IMG/VR virus record: IMGVR_UViG_3300043410_001708
Span: 42,270 to 106,269 of that record
Reading direction: 5' to 3' (one strand)
Length of the DNA stretch: 64,000 nt
Origin: a virus
The notes under the pieces are model-generated. The model ran no database searches. It was given only the letters and a program-made list of their open reading frames with translations, and was not told where the DNA came from. Within the stretch, counting starts at the first letter, position 1; each line of letters begins with the position of its first letter. Below are positions 52,501 through 62,334 of this stretch, piece after piece. Both the position numbers and the translations under genes were made by a program.

Positions 52501-55072
52501 TAGTTCCGGTTGTAGTAAGAGCTAAAGAATATTGCGGTTGTACAGTGCCACTACTTCCGTCTTTTTGTATGAGACATGGTGAACTGGCAAAAGATGAGGT
52601 ATAAAACCAACATTCAACTGTCCAGTTAGGTGCACCTGTTGCCAAATCAACTGCGGGAGTATTATTAATATTTAAATAATCACCGGTACCATCAAAGTAT
52701 GCTGAGCCTTCATTCCCAATTAAAGTAACTGTTGATGTGTTTGCAAAAGGTCCGTTTCTTGTTGGTCTTGCATCACCATTAACTGTGATTGCAAATGCAT
52801 TGTTTGAGTTATCAATTACTGTATTTGCTTGACAAGTTAATAAACTGGTGTTTGCTATTACCGATAATGGACTAGTTGGTGGTGTGAATGCTTCTGTATA
52901 GACTGAAGTGTCTTTAACAATTCTAAAATTACTTAAATATCCAGTAAAACCAAAAGTCGATTGACCTCCAATTTCTAATGTTTTATTTTCACTAACAATA
53001 TTAGAACTTGTACCACTACCCAATACAGCACCATTTTTATACAAAACAAAACTTGTTCCTGTTTTCACTAATGCAAGGTGGTACCACTGATTTAATGAGA
53101 AATTATGTGTTACATTTATGATATCTCCTGATACCTGTGACGAGCGCAATATAATCGTTCCATCGCCCCAAAGATACAAATATGGATTGTAAGTACCAAA
53201 ATTATATAAATTGTCATTAGTGCCGGCGCCTGGTAATCCGGTAAAATAATACCAACCTTCTACTGTAAAATTGGTTGTTCCCATGTTAAAAGCTGTATTG
53301 CTAGTTAATGACAAATAATCTCCAGTGCCATCAAAATACATACTGTAATTATTTGCAGCAGGCACAGTGATTGTTGTTGGTGCGCCATCAAATGGAACAA
53401 ATGGACTAACTGTTACATCACCGTTCTTTGTGATTGTAAAGTTATTATTTGAATTGTCAATTAATCTATTTGATTGACATGTCAACAAAGATGTGTTGGC
53501 TACATATGTTAACGGTCCTGTTGGTGGAGTTGTATTTGCGGTGTATAGTGCAGTGCCTTTAAGAATACGAACATTAGAAATGTATCCTAACCAATCATTT
53601 GTTGTTGATCCAACTTGTCTGCCAATTGTTGGAGTACCATTACTTACATTTACATCAGAATTGGTGGCAGTGGCATCAATTATACCGTTAATGAACAATC
53701 TTGCTGATGTACCAGAGCGAGTAAGTGCAACATGAGTCCATTGATTTAATGGTATTGTTGCATTACTGGTGATCCAAGTGGAAGTTGAATTAAAAGCTGC
53801 TAATTTATTATTAGTAAGTGTATAGATTAACACATTCAAATCTTGATTGCCACGTAAATCAACAATTGCTCTTTGTGTTCCTGAATCTGTTTTGTATATC
53901 CATGCTTCGATAGTGTAGTCTGCACTAATAGCAAATGCTGAGTTAGCAGAAAAACTTAAATAATCCCCAGTACCATCAAAATAATTACTATAATACCCTT
54001 CTTCAAAAGGATTAAATTTACTTGACTTTGCATCTGCAATAACTGAGATTTGACTATTAATTGGACTTGAATCTGTATTAAAAGTGACTCCGTTTGGTAT
54101 TGTGTTTGCACTCAAAAGTAATGATGTATATTCCCAAAATAAATCACCAGCAAGATTGATAGACCAATTCAAATATAATGTTGCACTTCTACTTGTTGTG
54201 TTTGCAGTTGCGGTTATAATTGATGTGTTGCTGCCAAGAACTGTTGCTGTACCAGAAATTATACCTGTAGAAGTATTCATTGACAGACCAGTTGGCAATC
54301 CACTTGTTGTATAAAGTACACCATAACCGGCCGCAGAAGTTGCAACAGTTGTTACATTTGATATGGGTATATCTTGTGTTATATTATATGTTGTGTTGTT
54401 TGCTGGTGATGAAAAAGAAACAACATCCGTATTTACTGTAAGTGAAAAAGAACGAACTGAATCTTGATTTTCCGCATCAGATGCTTGTATTGTAAATGAA
54501 TATGTTGTACTTGATCCATCAACTGGTGCGGTACCTGAAATTGTACCACCAGAACTCAATGTTGCACCTGATGGTAATGATCCTGAGTATAAAGAATATG
54601 TAATTGGTGCATCACCTGTTGCAACAACCGATGTGTTAATTGCAGTTGTTTCATATACAGAACCTAATGAACCAGCTGATGTGGTGAATGTTGGTAGGCC
54701 AGAATATACCAAACCTGGAACAAGAATGCCAGTACCACCATTTACATTAGTTACAAAAATGGTGTAACTACCAGAACCTAATGCAGGAGAACTAAAGGCC
54801 AAACGACTGGAATCTAGGAATGTTACTACACCTATTGTGTTAGTTCCAACTATAACGGTTGCGCCAGGTGCAAAACCGGACCCATACAGGACGATAGTTT
54901 GATTACCTGATGTGTCAGCCGCAGTATCATTTGTTTCGTTGTAAGAACCATCGGTAATTGCAAAACGAGAAACAGTTGGAACAAGGTATTGTTGTTGGTT
55001 AAAATGTTCACCAACTGTAAGAATACCTGTCGTGTCTTTTGCTCTTTTGCCTCTAACACCGGCATTAAACAT
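49526..55072 (-). CDS. Large adhesin-like virion protein: Ig-like domains plus ~7 LamG/ConA lectin repeats
   Basis: Repeated YFDGTGDYL...FT(V/I)E.W...W.HVA.VR...Y.NG...GYISN.R...LLTCQSN. Confidence 0.88.
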   Translation of the reverse strand: MFNAGVRGKRAKDTTGILTVGEHFNQQQYLVPTVSRFAITDGSYNETNDTAADTSGNQTIVLYGSGFAPGATVIVGTNTIGVVTFLDSSRLAFSSPALGSGSYTIFVTNVNGGTGILVPGLVYSGLPTFTTSAGSLGSVYETTAINTSVVATGDAPITYSLYSGSLPSGATLSSGGTISGTAPVDGSSTTYSFTIQASDAENQDSVRSFSLTVNTDVVSFSSPANNTTYNITQDIPISNVTTVATSAAGYGVLYTTSGLPTGLSMNTSTGIISGTATVLGSNTSIITATANTTSRSATLYLNWSINLAGDLFWEYTSLLLSANTIPNGVTFNTDSSPINSQISVIADAKSSKFNPFEEGYYSNYFDGTGDYLSFSANSAFAISADYTIEAWIYKTDSGTQRAIVDLRGNQDLNVLIYTLTNNKLAAFNSTSTWITSNATIPLNQWTHVALTRSGTSARLFINGIIDATATNSDVNVSNGTPTIGRQVGSTTNDWLGYISNVRILKGTALYTANTTPPTGPLTYVANTSLLTCQSNRLIDNSNNNFTITKNGDVTVSPFVPFDGAPTTITVPAANNYSMYFDGTGDYLSLTSNTAFNMGTTNFTVEGWYYFTGLPGAGTNDNLYNFGTYNPYLYLWGDGTIILRSSQVSGDIINVTHNFSLNQWYHLALVKTGTSFVLYKNGAVLGSGTSSNIVSENKTLEIGGQSTFGFTGYLSNFRIVKDTSVYTEAFTPPTSPLSVIANTSLLTCQANTVIDNSNNAFAITVNGDARPTRNGPFANTSTVTLIGNEGSAYFDGTGDYLNINNTPAVDLATGAPNWTVECWFYTSSFASSPCLIQKDGSSGTVQPQYSLALTTTGTIQGVLSPATSSTGNQNFISTAVASLNTWNHVAMVRNGNNLSIYLNGALVVGPTAITVTMGNNTRPLTIGANNPGANYLTGYISNVRITKGTALYTSAFVPSWSPLTPVANTVLLTTQTSLSSNTKSFIDESNFNNIITKNGIPSTGSFTPFGTSWSNYFDGTGDYLTVPFNQFLFGSNDFTVECWIYPIAELTLSPIVGIYRESLPSSSNSSWSLRGGVGGTFSIVFRYYGTGAGSTTNLTSSSNAYALNTWTHVAAVRSGNTLSLYINGVLNTSASISVTLAAASGTNLGIAADYAGLSPQNMFISNLRITNGTGLYTSNTTPSITPLTAVANTVLLTCQSNQFIDNSNNALTITRNGDSAISKFSPFSSFTITNPSAVSDYSANTFGSSIYFGGTTTADFLSVSGIPISATGQFTFEAWFYTTKINGATAQIFYSQYTTSDANRWTINISTANKLTVSHGTAGNITGATTIVPYQWNHVAVTRDASNTLRVFLNGVVDVVFTSYTSSIMQSAPRVGYYNNTPNDYFTGYMNSVRVLNGTALYSSNTSFTPPTKTLTSIANTTLLLGSTLGGSPITDVTRINNIENGNTAVAVANNSPYYDTYSGYFDGTGDYLTVASNTAFQLGTGDYTFETWIYPTALGSINTNNILNIGTYLTGLLIRSAATTGIEIYTNGTQRLITTTGLTQNAWNHIALVRNGSTCTFYVNGNRLGSTFTDSSSISPATATVTIGMAAHNNSEFFTGYMSNYRLLKGTALYTANTTPPTSPLTAISGTSLLTCQSNSFVDKSTNAFTITKAGDARISTIQPFAANNTSRFTSAYFPAKGDYLGIRPQPSLVKFSGDFTFECWVYPSDATVTHWGIWDSRQAGGTANPMVFKLSPLASPVSGSYRMEYYNGTSYYGTTTITHNQWTHVAWVRSGSTVTFYVNGNAGGTATVSGVQVGNITSGSIYAGGSKDNQTAGYGIIGYIADLRVTNGYARTISVPTTPYDIK

Positions 55073-55431
55073 TAACTAATCTCCTCAAACGAACATACTG
55101 CTTGTAGTGTACTGTTATTGCTTGCTGTCAATCGTAAAGCATCTCCCTCCATCAAATAAATGGAAAGTGTTTTGTCGATGGCTGTAAAAGATGTATCCGC
55201 AGCTACAGAAACTGTGCTAACGATTTTATATGCCGTTGTATTTCTATACAAATCAACTGTTATATCTTGTGCATTTGTCGCATGTATATTGGAAATAATT
55301 AACGAATTGATTTTTAATATTTTACCACTAGAAGAAGGATTGGTTGCAATCGCTGCAGCTGATGTTGTCACTGCTTGAACTTGTGTATTTCCGTTAATTG
55401 TTGTTAGTGCTGCTATGTTTGGGTTTGCCAT
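55072..55431 (-). CDS. Conserved small tail-associated protein
   Basis: MANPNI N-terminus, KINSL...N, IYL.EGD, S(F/Y)EEIS. Confidence 0.65.
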   Translation of the reverse strand: MANPNIAALTTINGNTQVQAVTTSAAAIATNPSSSGKILKINSLIISNIHATNAQDITVDLYRNTTAYKIVSTVSVAADTSFTAIDKTLSIYLMEGDALRLTASNNSTLQAVCSFEEIS

Positions 55432-55440
55432 TTTAAATCC

Positions 55441-58437
55441 TTAGAATCCGAAAACAATTGACATTGCAATTGCTTTTGATAATGATGTTCCACCAGTATT
55501 TGCTTGATTAAATGCTGCATTGGCTTGAATGAATGCTGCATTTGCGGTGTCTCTAGCATATGTATCCGAGCCAGAAGCACCCACATAAGAATTTCCAGAT
55601 AATGTGGTTACTTCAACATTTGCACCATTCTCAAATGTTGTATCAAAATATATTACATTGCCTGTTATTGTATAAGTATCTCTGAGTTGAACGATACCAT
55701 CAACAACTGCTGTTACAAAATCTTCACTTAATGGTGTTACACTTAAATCGAATGTTGATGTTGAACCATTGGCTACAAATTTATTTGTTTGAATAGTTAA
55801 TACACTATTATTTCCGCTGACCGTATTTGCAGCTGCGTAAGCTGCATTGGCTCTATCAAAGGCTGCGTTAGCAAAACTTGCTCCTGAATTGGCTTTAGAA
55901 TAAGCTGCATTAGAATTTTCTCTTACCCAAGAATCTGTTGCAGTATTTGCTGCTGAGTAAGCCGCATTAGCTCTATCAAAAGCACCGTTTGCAAAACTGG
56001 CTGTTGTATTTTGTGAATCGTATGATGCGTTTGCTGTTACAAATGCACCATTAGCAAATGATGCACCACTATTTGCAGTTACAAAGGCACCATTAGCAAA
56101 ACTTGCTGCTGAATTTGCTTTGTCATATGCATTGTTTACATATGGCAACAAATCAATATTCTTAATTGTTATTATAGTTGATTTTAAATTTGCATTGAGT
56201 GTTGCAAGTTTAAAAGAACCGTCATTAATATCAATATTATTATTTGCACCAACTTCTGGTGTATATTCTTCAAAGAGTTGCCATTCTTTGGTGCCAGCGT
56301 CACGTATCAAACCAGTGTGTGCATTGGTGCCGTTATTATAGTGTGCAGCAAAACCAATATCAAGTACATCACCTGAATAATTTCCAGTACCTAAAATAAA
56401 CAAAGTATCATTTGCAACAATTTGTGTTGCACTGGTACTAAATGTATTTCCTGTAACAGAAAGATTGCCTGTGATATTAACATCACCAGAGATTGTACCA
56501 CCAGTTGAACTGAATTTTGAATTAGCTGTTGTAAAAGCACCATTAGCAAAATCTGCTGCTGAATTTGCTTTATCGAATGCTGCAGCCGAAGATATGCTTG
56601 CAGCATTAGCGGTGTATTGAACACTGCCGTCTGCAAATGTAATGCCGTTATTACCAGTTCCTGATATCTTTAAAGTGCCGCCAACTGTTACGTTACCGCC
56701 AACACCAACTCCACCAGTAACAACGATTGCACCGGTTGTAGTTGTTGTTGAACTGGATGTGTTTGTAAAATATGTTGGTTGTGTAAACGTTACGATACCG
56801 GTGTTATATACATTTCCTGATGTGTTTTGATTACCAACTTGAAAATCACCATCAACTGTAAATACACCACCAACCCATACATTTCCTTTAAATGCTGCAC
56901 CGCCCGCCACAGTTAAAGCACCAGTAGAATTAGATATTGTTGGTGTGGTGTTTTGTATTACTATTTGACCGGCATATATGTTGCCTTTACTACCAATACC
57001 ACCAGTAACAACAATTGCACCTGTTGTATTTGATGTTGCTGCCGCAACATTTGTGAAACTTACTGGTTGTGTAAATGTAACAATACCATTATTAATTACA
57101 TTACCACTTGTTGTTTGGTTGCCTACGGAAAAGTCACCATCAACCGTAAATACACCACTAACCCATGTATTACCTTTGATGGCAACACCACCATCAACAA
57201 TTAAAGCACCTGTTGAGTTTGATGTTGTTGGCCTTGTATTTTGAATAATCATTGTCGCCGTTGTGGACAATGTTAGGTTACCAGTTACTGTACCACCTGC
57301 TTTTGGTAATGCATTATTAGCAGTTACGAATGCTGCGTTTGCTTGACCTCTAGCCCAAGAATCTGTTGCAGCACCTGCAGCATTTGCCGTATATTGTGTT
57401 GTACCATCTGCAAATGTAATACCGTTAGCAGTTGAACCAGTTACTCTAATTGCACCAGTATAAACATTTCCCTTAATACCTGCACCACCAGTAACAACAA
57501 TTGCACCAGTGGAATTGGATATTGCAGCTGTATTTGATGTAAATTCTGTGGGTTGTGTAAATGTTACAAAACCTGAATGTAAAACATTACCTGTACTGGT
57601 TTGATTACCTACAGAGAAATCACCGTCAACTGTAAATATACCACTAACCCATGTATTACCTTTGATGGCAACACCACCATCAACAATTAAAGCACCAGTA
57701 GAATTTGATACAGTCGCTTGAGTGTTCTGTATAAGCATCGATGCCGTGGTAGACAATGTTACATTGCCTGTTACTGTACCGCCTGTTTTTGGTAATGCGT
57801 TATTTGCGGTAGTAAAAGCACCATTGGCAAATGAACCTGCCGAATTCGCAGTATCATAAGCATTATTGGCCTGTATTCTTACCCATGAGTCTGTAGCTGT
57901 GTTGGCAGCATTATATGCCGCATTAGCTCTATCGAAAGCTCCATTGGCAAATGTTGCACTAGAATTGGCTGTAACAAAAGCACCATTAGCAAATGAACCT
58001 GCTGAATTTGCCTTGTCGTAGGCATTATTGGCTTGAGTTCTTACCCAAGGATCACCACCAGTGTTGGCCATGTCATAGGCTGCATTGGCGTGACTATATG
58101 CACCATTGGCTCTATCAAATGCATATTGCGGATCACTTCCACCTGCAAGCGCCGCATTGATTGTGATTGTTTTTGTAGTTGTATTTGTGCTGATAGTTAC
58201 ATTATTACCAGCAACAAAAGACAATGTGTCTGAACTACTTCCCGCAAATATTAGGGAGTTGTTTGAGTTGATTGTGTCAAACGAATATTGGTTGTTGATG
58301 TACGATGTACCACCAAGACTGTTTTTATAATACAGTTTACCATCGGCGTAGTTAAGAGCAACCTCACCAAATGCAAGACCTGATGGTGTGTTTCCTGTTA
58401 CGCCTGATTTTTTTAACTGTATTGCTGTGTTTGACAT
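55441..58437 (-). CDS. Long fibre protein with Mtd-N-like N-terminus
   Basis: IQLKKS...G..P..L..GE.A.NY.DG.L; ANGAF repeats; four TGA(L/I).V.GG modules; ends KAIAMSIVFG. Confidence 0.75.
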   Translation of the reverse strand: MSNTAIQLKKSGVTGNTPSGLAFGEVALNYADGKLYYKNSLGGTSYINNQYSFDTINSNNSLIFAGSSSDTLSFVAGNNVTISTNTTTKTITINAALAGGSDPQYAFDRANGAYSHANAAYDMANTGGDPWVRTQANNAYDKANSAGSFANGAFVTANSSATFANGAFDRANAAYNAANTATDSWVRIQANNAYDTANSAGSFANGAFTTANNALPKTGGTVTGNVTLSTTASMLIQNTQATVSNSTGALIVDGGVAIKGNTWVSGIFTVDGDFSVGNQTSTGNVLHSGFVTFTQPTEFTSNTAAISNSTGAIVVTGGAGIKGNVYTGAIRVTGSTANGITFADGTTQYTANAAGAATDSWARGQANAAFVTANNALPKAGGTVTGNLTLSTTATMIIQNTRPTTSNSTGALIVDGGVAIKGNTWVSGVFTVDGDFSVGNQTTSGNVINNGIVTFTQPVSFTNVAAATSNTTGAIVVTGGIGSKGNIYAGQIVIQNTTPTISNSTGALTVAGGAAFKGNVWVGGVFTVDGDFQVGNQNTSGNVYNTGIVTFTQPTYFTNTSSSTTTTTGAIVVTGGVGVGGNVTVGGTLKISGTGNNGITFADGSVQYTANAASISSAAAFDKANSAADFANGAFTTANSKFSSTGGTISGDVNITGNLSVTGNTFSTSATQIVANDTLFILGTGNYSGDVLDIGFAAHYNNGTNAHTGLIRDAGTKEWQLFEEYTPEVGANNNIDINDGSFKLATLNANLKSTIITIKNIDLLPYVNNAYDKANSAASFANGAFVTANSGASFANGAFVTANASYDSQNTTASFANGAFDRANAAYSAANTATDSWVRENSNAAYSKANSGASFANAAFDRANAAYAAANTVSGNNSVLTIQTNKFVANGSTSTFDLSVTPLSEDFVTAVVDGIVQLRDTYTITGNVIYFDTTFENGANVEVTTLSGNSYVGASGSDTYARDTANAAFIQANAAFNQANTGGTSLSKAIAMSIVFGF

Positions 58438-58441
58438 TTAC

Positions 58442-59131
58442 TTAAAACGTTCCGCCATCTTTGATTGGGCCATTAGTACCAATTAAACCTGTTATAGTTG
58501 TTGGTACCACTTCTTTATTTAGCTCATCAATTTTTTTTCGTTTGGCAGGAGGTAGTTGTAAGTATTCAATTTTTTCAATCAATTCGGAAATCTGATTATT
58601 CAGATTGCTCTTTTCAGTTTCGTGTTTTTGAATCAACAGTTTAACATTCTTTTCATTTTCTTCATTAATACCACTAATCTTTCCATTAGTTTCGGCATTA
58701 ATAGAGTTGATTCTATTTTCAAGTTCTGTACGAACCTTATTAGTTTCTTCTCTAGCTCTAATTAATTCACTCTTAAATGTTTCCACATGAGTGGCTTGAT
58801 TCTTAACACTATCATAGTCACGAAACTTTGTGGTCAATTCTTCATAATCTTGTTTTTGTTTTGCAACAAGATTTTCAGATTCAGCCAACTTATTTTTCAA
58901 ATCTTGTATGGCATTATTTTCATTTGTTATATTGGTTTGTTTTAAATTTTGAATTGTTTCTTGTAATTCACTATTTAATTTTACCAATGCATCAATTTTT
59001 TCAGTTTGTTCTTTTACAACCTCATCAGTTATTTTAGCATTCGCTTGCATTGAGACATTCCGGATAACACAATCTGTCATTGTGCTGGTCAATGTCTCAA
59101 TGTAATAATTTAAATACTTCTCATTTCCCAT
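58442..59131 (-). CDS. Coiled-coil hypothetical protein
   Basis: E/K/N-rich heptads; ends DGGTF. Confidence 0.65.
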   Translation of the reverse strand: MGNEKYLNYYIETLTSTMTDCVIRNVSMQANAKITDEVVKEQTEKIDALVKLNSELQETIQNLKQTNITNENNAIQDLKNKLAESENLVAKQKQDYEELTTKFRDYDSVKNQATHVETFKSELIRAREETNKVRTELENRINSINAETNGKISGINEENEKNVKLLIQKHETEKSNLNNQISELIEKIEYLQLPPAKRKKIDELNKEVVPTTITGLIGTNGPIKDGGTF

Positions 59132-59175
59132 TTCAAACTCCTATCATAAAAAATCTATTACATTATATAGTCAGC

Positions 59176-61086
59176 TTAGAATTGTCCTCCATCTATTGCT
59201 GATGACCATACTGGTACACCAGCATCAGTTGTTGTAAGAATCTGATTAGACCATGTTTGGTCGGATGTGCCTGCTGCAGCAGTAACTGACAATGCACCTG
59301 TTCCGTTGCCGTATACGATACCTTTTGTGGTGAATGTAGAAGCACCTGTACCGCCTTGTGCAACAGTCAATCCAGAAATGTCTTCCGCAGTTGCTGCACT
59401 TACACGACCATATGCATCAACAGTCAACGATGTGATTGTCTTAGCTGCACCTAGTGTACCAGTCAATGAGTAAGTAACGTTTGCAAGTGTAGAAATTGCA
59501 CCTGTACCATTACCAATTAACAAACCACCAGTGCTTAATGTAGAAGCACCAGTACCACCTTGTGATACTGTTAGACCAGAAATGTCTGTTGCTGTTGCGG
59601 CTGTTACACGACCCCAATCATCTACAGTCAATGATGTGATTGTTTTTGCGGCACCTAATGTACCTGTTAATGAGTAACCAGCATTTGCAAGTTGTACAAG
59701 AGCACCACTGCCATTACCAATAACAATTTGACCAGCAGTGAATGAACTTGCACCAGTACCGCCTTGGCCAACTGTTAGTCCAGAAATTGCTTGGAATGTT
59801 GCAGCAGTGAATCTACCGTATGCGTCAACTGTTACAGAAGTAATGGTATTGTTTTGTGTACCAGAACCTGTTGCAGTGAATGTTGTATTAGCAAGTTCTT
59901 TTAATGAGTTTGTGCCATCACCAACAAGGATAGAACCAGCAGTGAATGAACTTGCGCCAGTACCACCGTTGGATACTGTCAAGTCATCAGTTAAAGTTAA
60001 TGACTTAAGGTCTGCACTACCGGCAACTTTTAATGTACCAACTTCTAATACTGTTGTATTTGCCCATGCAGCAACCAAATTAGATTTCAAGTTTGCTTGA
60101 CGGAAACTTCCAGATGCAACGTTGATAACGTTACCTGTTGGTTCTGTGTCATAATTGTCAAACAAATAGAAGTAACCATCACCAGCATGACGCATCAAAC
60201 CAGCATGTCTTGCAGAACCATCATTATAGTGACCGTAGAAACCGATATCAACTGCATCGGACGTATTGTTTGCACCAAGTGCAATCATTGAGTCTTCTAC
60301 TGACAAGGTAGTTACATCATATTTTGTAACTGCACCTAAAACAGCAAGGTTACCGCTGATGGTAATATTACCATCAATAGTTTGGTCTAGTGAAGCGGTG
60401 TTTGCACGAACAACTGTCGTGTCTACATCAATTGTAATTGTGTTATTTGTAACTGTTGAAGTTAAACCTGCGCCACCAGCAACTGTTAGTGTGTCAGATG
60501 CAAGGTTAACTGTATCTGTACCAGAATCACCAGCAACGTTCAATGCAGTAGAAATTGTTGATGAATTGGCAATGGTCATAACACGACCGTTTGCAGCAAC
60601 TTGAATAATAGGTATTACTGTTGTACCACCGTATGTGCCAGCAGATAGACCAGCAACTGTGTTAAGTGATGCACTTAATGTTGCATTTGCAGTACCATTA
60701 AACAACTGTGCGGATGCAGTGATATCACCACCAGTAACATCAATATATCTGTCTGTCTCAAATTGTGTTGCAGAGTTCGCATTACCTGTGAAACCACTTT
60801 CATCAATCGTGAAAGCCCCAATTGTAACGCCACGGGAAGTGATATGACCAACAGCAATATTACCAGCAGCATCACGTTTAACTAATGTGCTTACTGTATT
60901 TGATGCGGTTGCAGAATCAATCTGCGAGGTGTAATATTGACCACCAACATTAACAACACCGTTACCGTCAGGTGATCCAATGAAGATAGTATTAGATTGA
61001 TATGAATATGCCAGCTCACCTGATTGCAGGCTTACTGGTACACCTGTGGTCAGGGAACGTTTTATTCTTAGTGCTGTATTGGCCAT
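59176..61086 (-). CDS. Fibre protein with Mtd-N-like N-terminus and GGTGA repeats
   Basis: LRIKRS...P..L..GELAYS; L.V..GGTGAS and TVD.YGR repeats; ends DGGQF. Confidence 0.75.
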   Translation of the reverse strand: MANTALRIKRSLTTGVPVSLQSGELAYSYQSNTIFIGSPDGNGVVNVGGQYYTSQIDSATASNTVSTLVKRDAAGNIAVGHITSRGVTIGAFTIDESGFTGNANSATQFETDRYIDVTGGDITASAQLFNGTANATLSASLNTVAGLSAGTYGGTTVIPIIQVAANGRVMTIANSSTISTALNVAGDSGTDTVNLASDTLTVAGGAGLTSTVTNNTITIDVDTTVVRANTASLDQTIDGNITISGNLAVLGAVTKYDVTTLSVEDSMIALGANNTSDAVDIGFYGHYNDGSARHAGLMRHAGDGYFYLFDNYDTEPTGNVINVASGSFRQANLKSNLVAAWANTTVLEVGTLKVAGSADLKSLTLTDDLTVSNGGTGASSFTAGSILVGDGTNSLKELANTTFTATGSGTQNNTITSVTVDAYGRFTAATFQAISGLTVGQGGTGASSFTAGQIVIGNGSGALVQLANAGYSLTGTLGAAKTITSLTVDDWGRVTAATATDISGLTVSQGGTGASTLSTGGLLIGNGTGAISTLANVTYSLTGTLGAAKTITSLTVDAYGRVSAATAEDISGLTVAQGGTGASTFTTKGIVYGNGTGALSVTAAAGTSDQTWSNQILTTTDAGVPVWSSAIDGGQF

Positions 61087-61134
61087 TATTATTATCCTTG
61101 TTGTTGGTTGGACTTAAATCCTATTATCTATTTA

Positions 61135-61344
61135 TTAAAAACTGCCACCGTCAAAACTCAAATCTGACGCAGGACCTGGAACACTTTCAATGTAACCCAA
61201 ACCACCTATGGGTATTACGTGATTTGTAGTATTTCCAATGAAAAGTGTGTTAGAAAGAAAAGAGTATGCTAATTCTCCGTCTGCTAGTGATTCTGGTGCC
61301 GTGTTTGCATACGAACGGAGTATCTGTATTGTGGTATTTGCCAT
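61135..61344 (-). CDS. Stand-alone Mtd-N-like mini protein
   Basis: IQILRS....P..L..GELAYS....LFIG; ends DGGSF. Confidence 0.7.
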   Translation of the reverse strand: MANTTIQILRSYANTAPESLADGELAYSFLSNTLFIGNTTNHVIPIGGLGYIESVPGPASDLSFDGGSF

Positions 61345-61878
61345 TTAAAAGAACCCCGCATCCGCACCCTGGAAAGCCAAATAAGTTATTGAGTTTGCTA
61401 CTGCGGCTTGAATTGCTTCCTCAGAAATTACACCACCGACTGTTTGTACGGGTGTAAAACCACCAACAGGTGATACAACAATTGCAATCGGATCAGGATT
61501 GTTTGCTGTTGGTGCAGCTGCAAATGAAATTGCACCTGTTGTTGCTTCAGATTTAATAACTGTTCCATCCAAGTCAATTGTATTACCACTTAGATACAGA
61601 CTTCGGAATTTTTTAGTTCTGGAACCAAGGTCGTATGTTCTTGATTCGGTAGGTATCAAACTACCATGTACTGGAGTATCAGTACCAAGGCCTTTAGCAG
61701 AAAAAGTTTTGGTTTGTGAATTGTATACGATTACATCACCAGTGTTTGCACCAACCAAACTAAGGTCGGTCAAACTTCTGAGTGTTTTGGTGCCATAAGA
61801 AAGTGTTTGTACTTTCGTTTTCTGGCCTTCAACTCTAACTCTTACTGTTGCTGGTTGTCTAACGGTTACCGTTGGCAT
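61345..61878 (-). CDS. Hypothetical virion protein
   Basis: L..L.D, YDLGS....FRSLYLSG.TI motifs; ends DAGFF. Confidence 0.65.
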   Translation of the reverse strand: MPTVTVRQPATVRVRVEGQKTKVQTLSYGTKTLRSLTDLSLVGANTGDVIVYNSQTKTFSAKGLGTDTPVHGSLIPTESRTYDLGSRTKKFRSLYLSGNTIDLDGTVIKSEATTGAISFAAAPTANNPDPIAIVVSPVGGFTPVQTVGGVISEEAIQAAVANSITYLAFQGADAGFF

Positions 61879-61887
61879 GTTAATCCT

Positions 61888-62229
61888 TTAAAATACTGTA
61901 ACTTGAGGTAAAACGTTCACAACTCCTTCTAAAACCCGTATAACTGTATTCGAAGAATCTTTGATGAGCACATCATATACATAACGACCAGCTGGAATAT
62001 TTGCTGTATTTGCGTATGGTAGAGATAGTAGTATGATACCTTCTGTCGGATCGTTGACTTCTACCACAAAATTTGCGGTTGTACTACTAGAATAATATGA
62101 TTTTTTCATGGCAGCTTTTATTTGGCTACCAGTTAAAACGAAAGGTGAACCATCGGCCTGGTCCAAAGAGATGGACGTACTGAAATTTGAACCTTGTTCT
62201 AAAAATAATTCTTGGTAACCAGCTGGCAT
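61888..62229 (-). CDS. Conserved T4-like fibre/baseplate adaptor-like protein
   Basis: L..EQG..F, ..KSYYS, GRYVYDV, RVLEG.V.V.P.VT. Confidence 0.65.
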   Translation of the reverse strand: MPAGYQELFLEQGSNFSTSISLDQADGSPFVLTGSQIKAAMKKSYYSSSTTANFVVEVNDPTEGIILLSLPYANTANIPAGRYVYDVLIKDSSNTVIRVLEGVVNVLPQVTVF

Positions 62230-62334
62230 TCTTTAACCCCTTTTGGAGGTATTTATACTGAAAATAAATTCGCTTTTTACATTCTTGGACCTGTTGGAGA
62301 AATTTCTGGAGCCGGAATGCAAAAAAGTGAAATT

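Noticed and set aside
55441-61344. Diversity-generating retroelement suggested by Mtd-N-like domains
   Set aside because: No reverse transcriptase and no adenine-specific TR/VR pair in the window.
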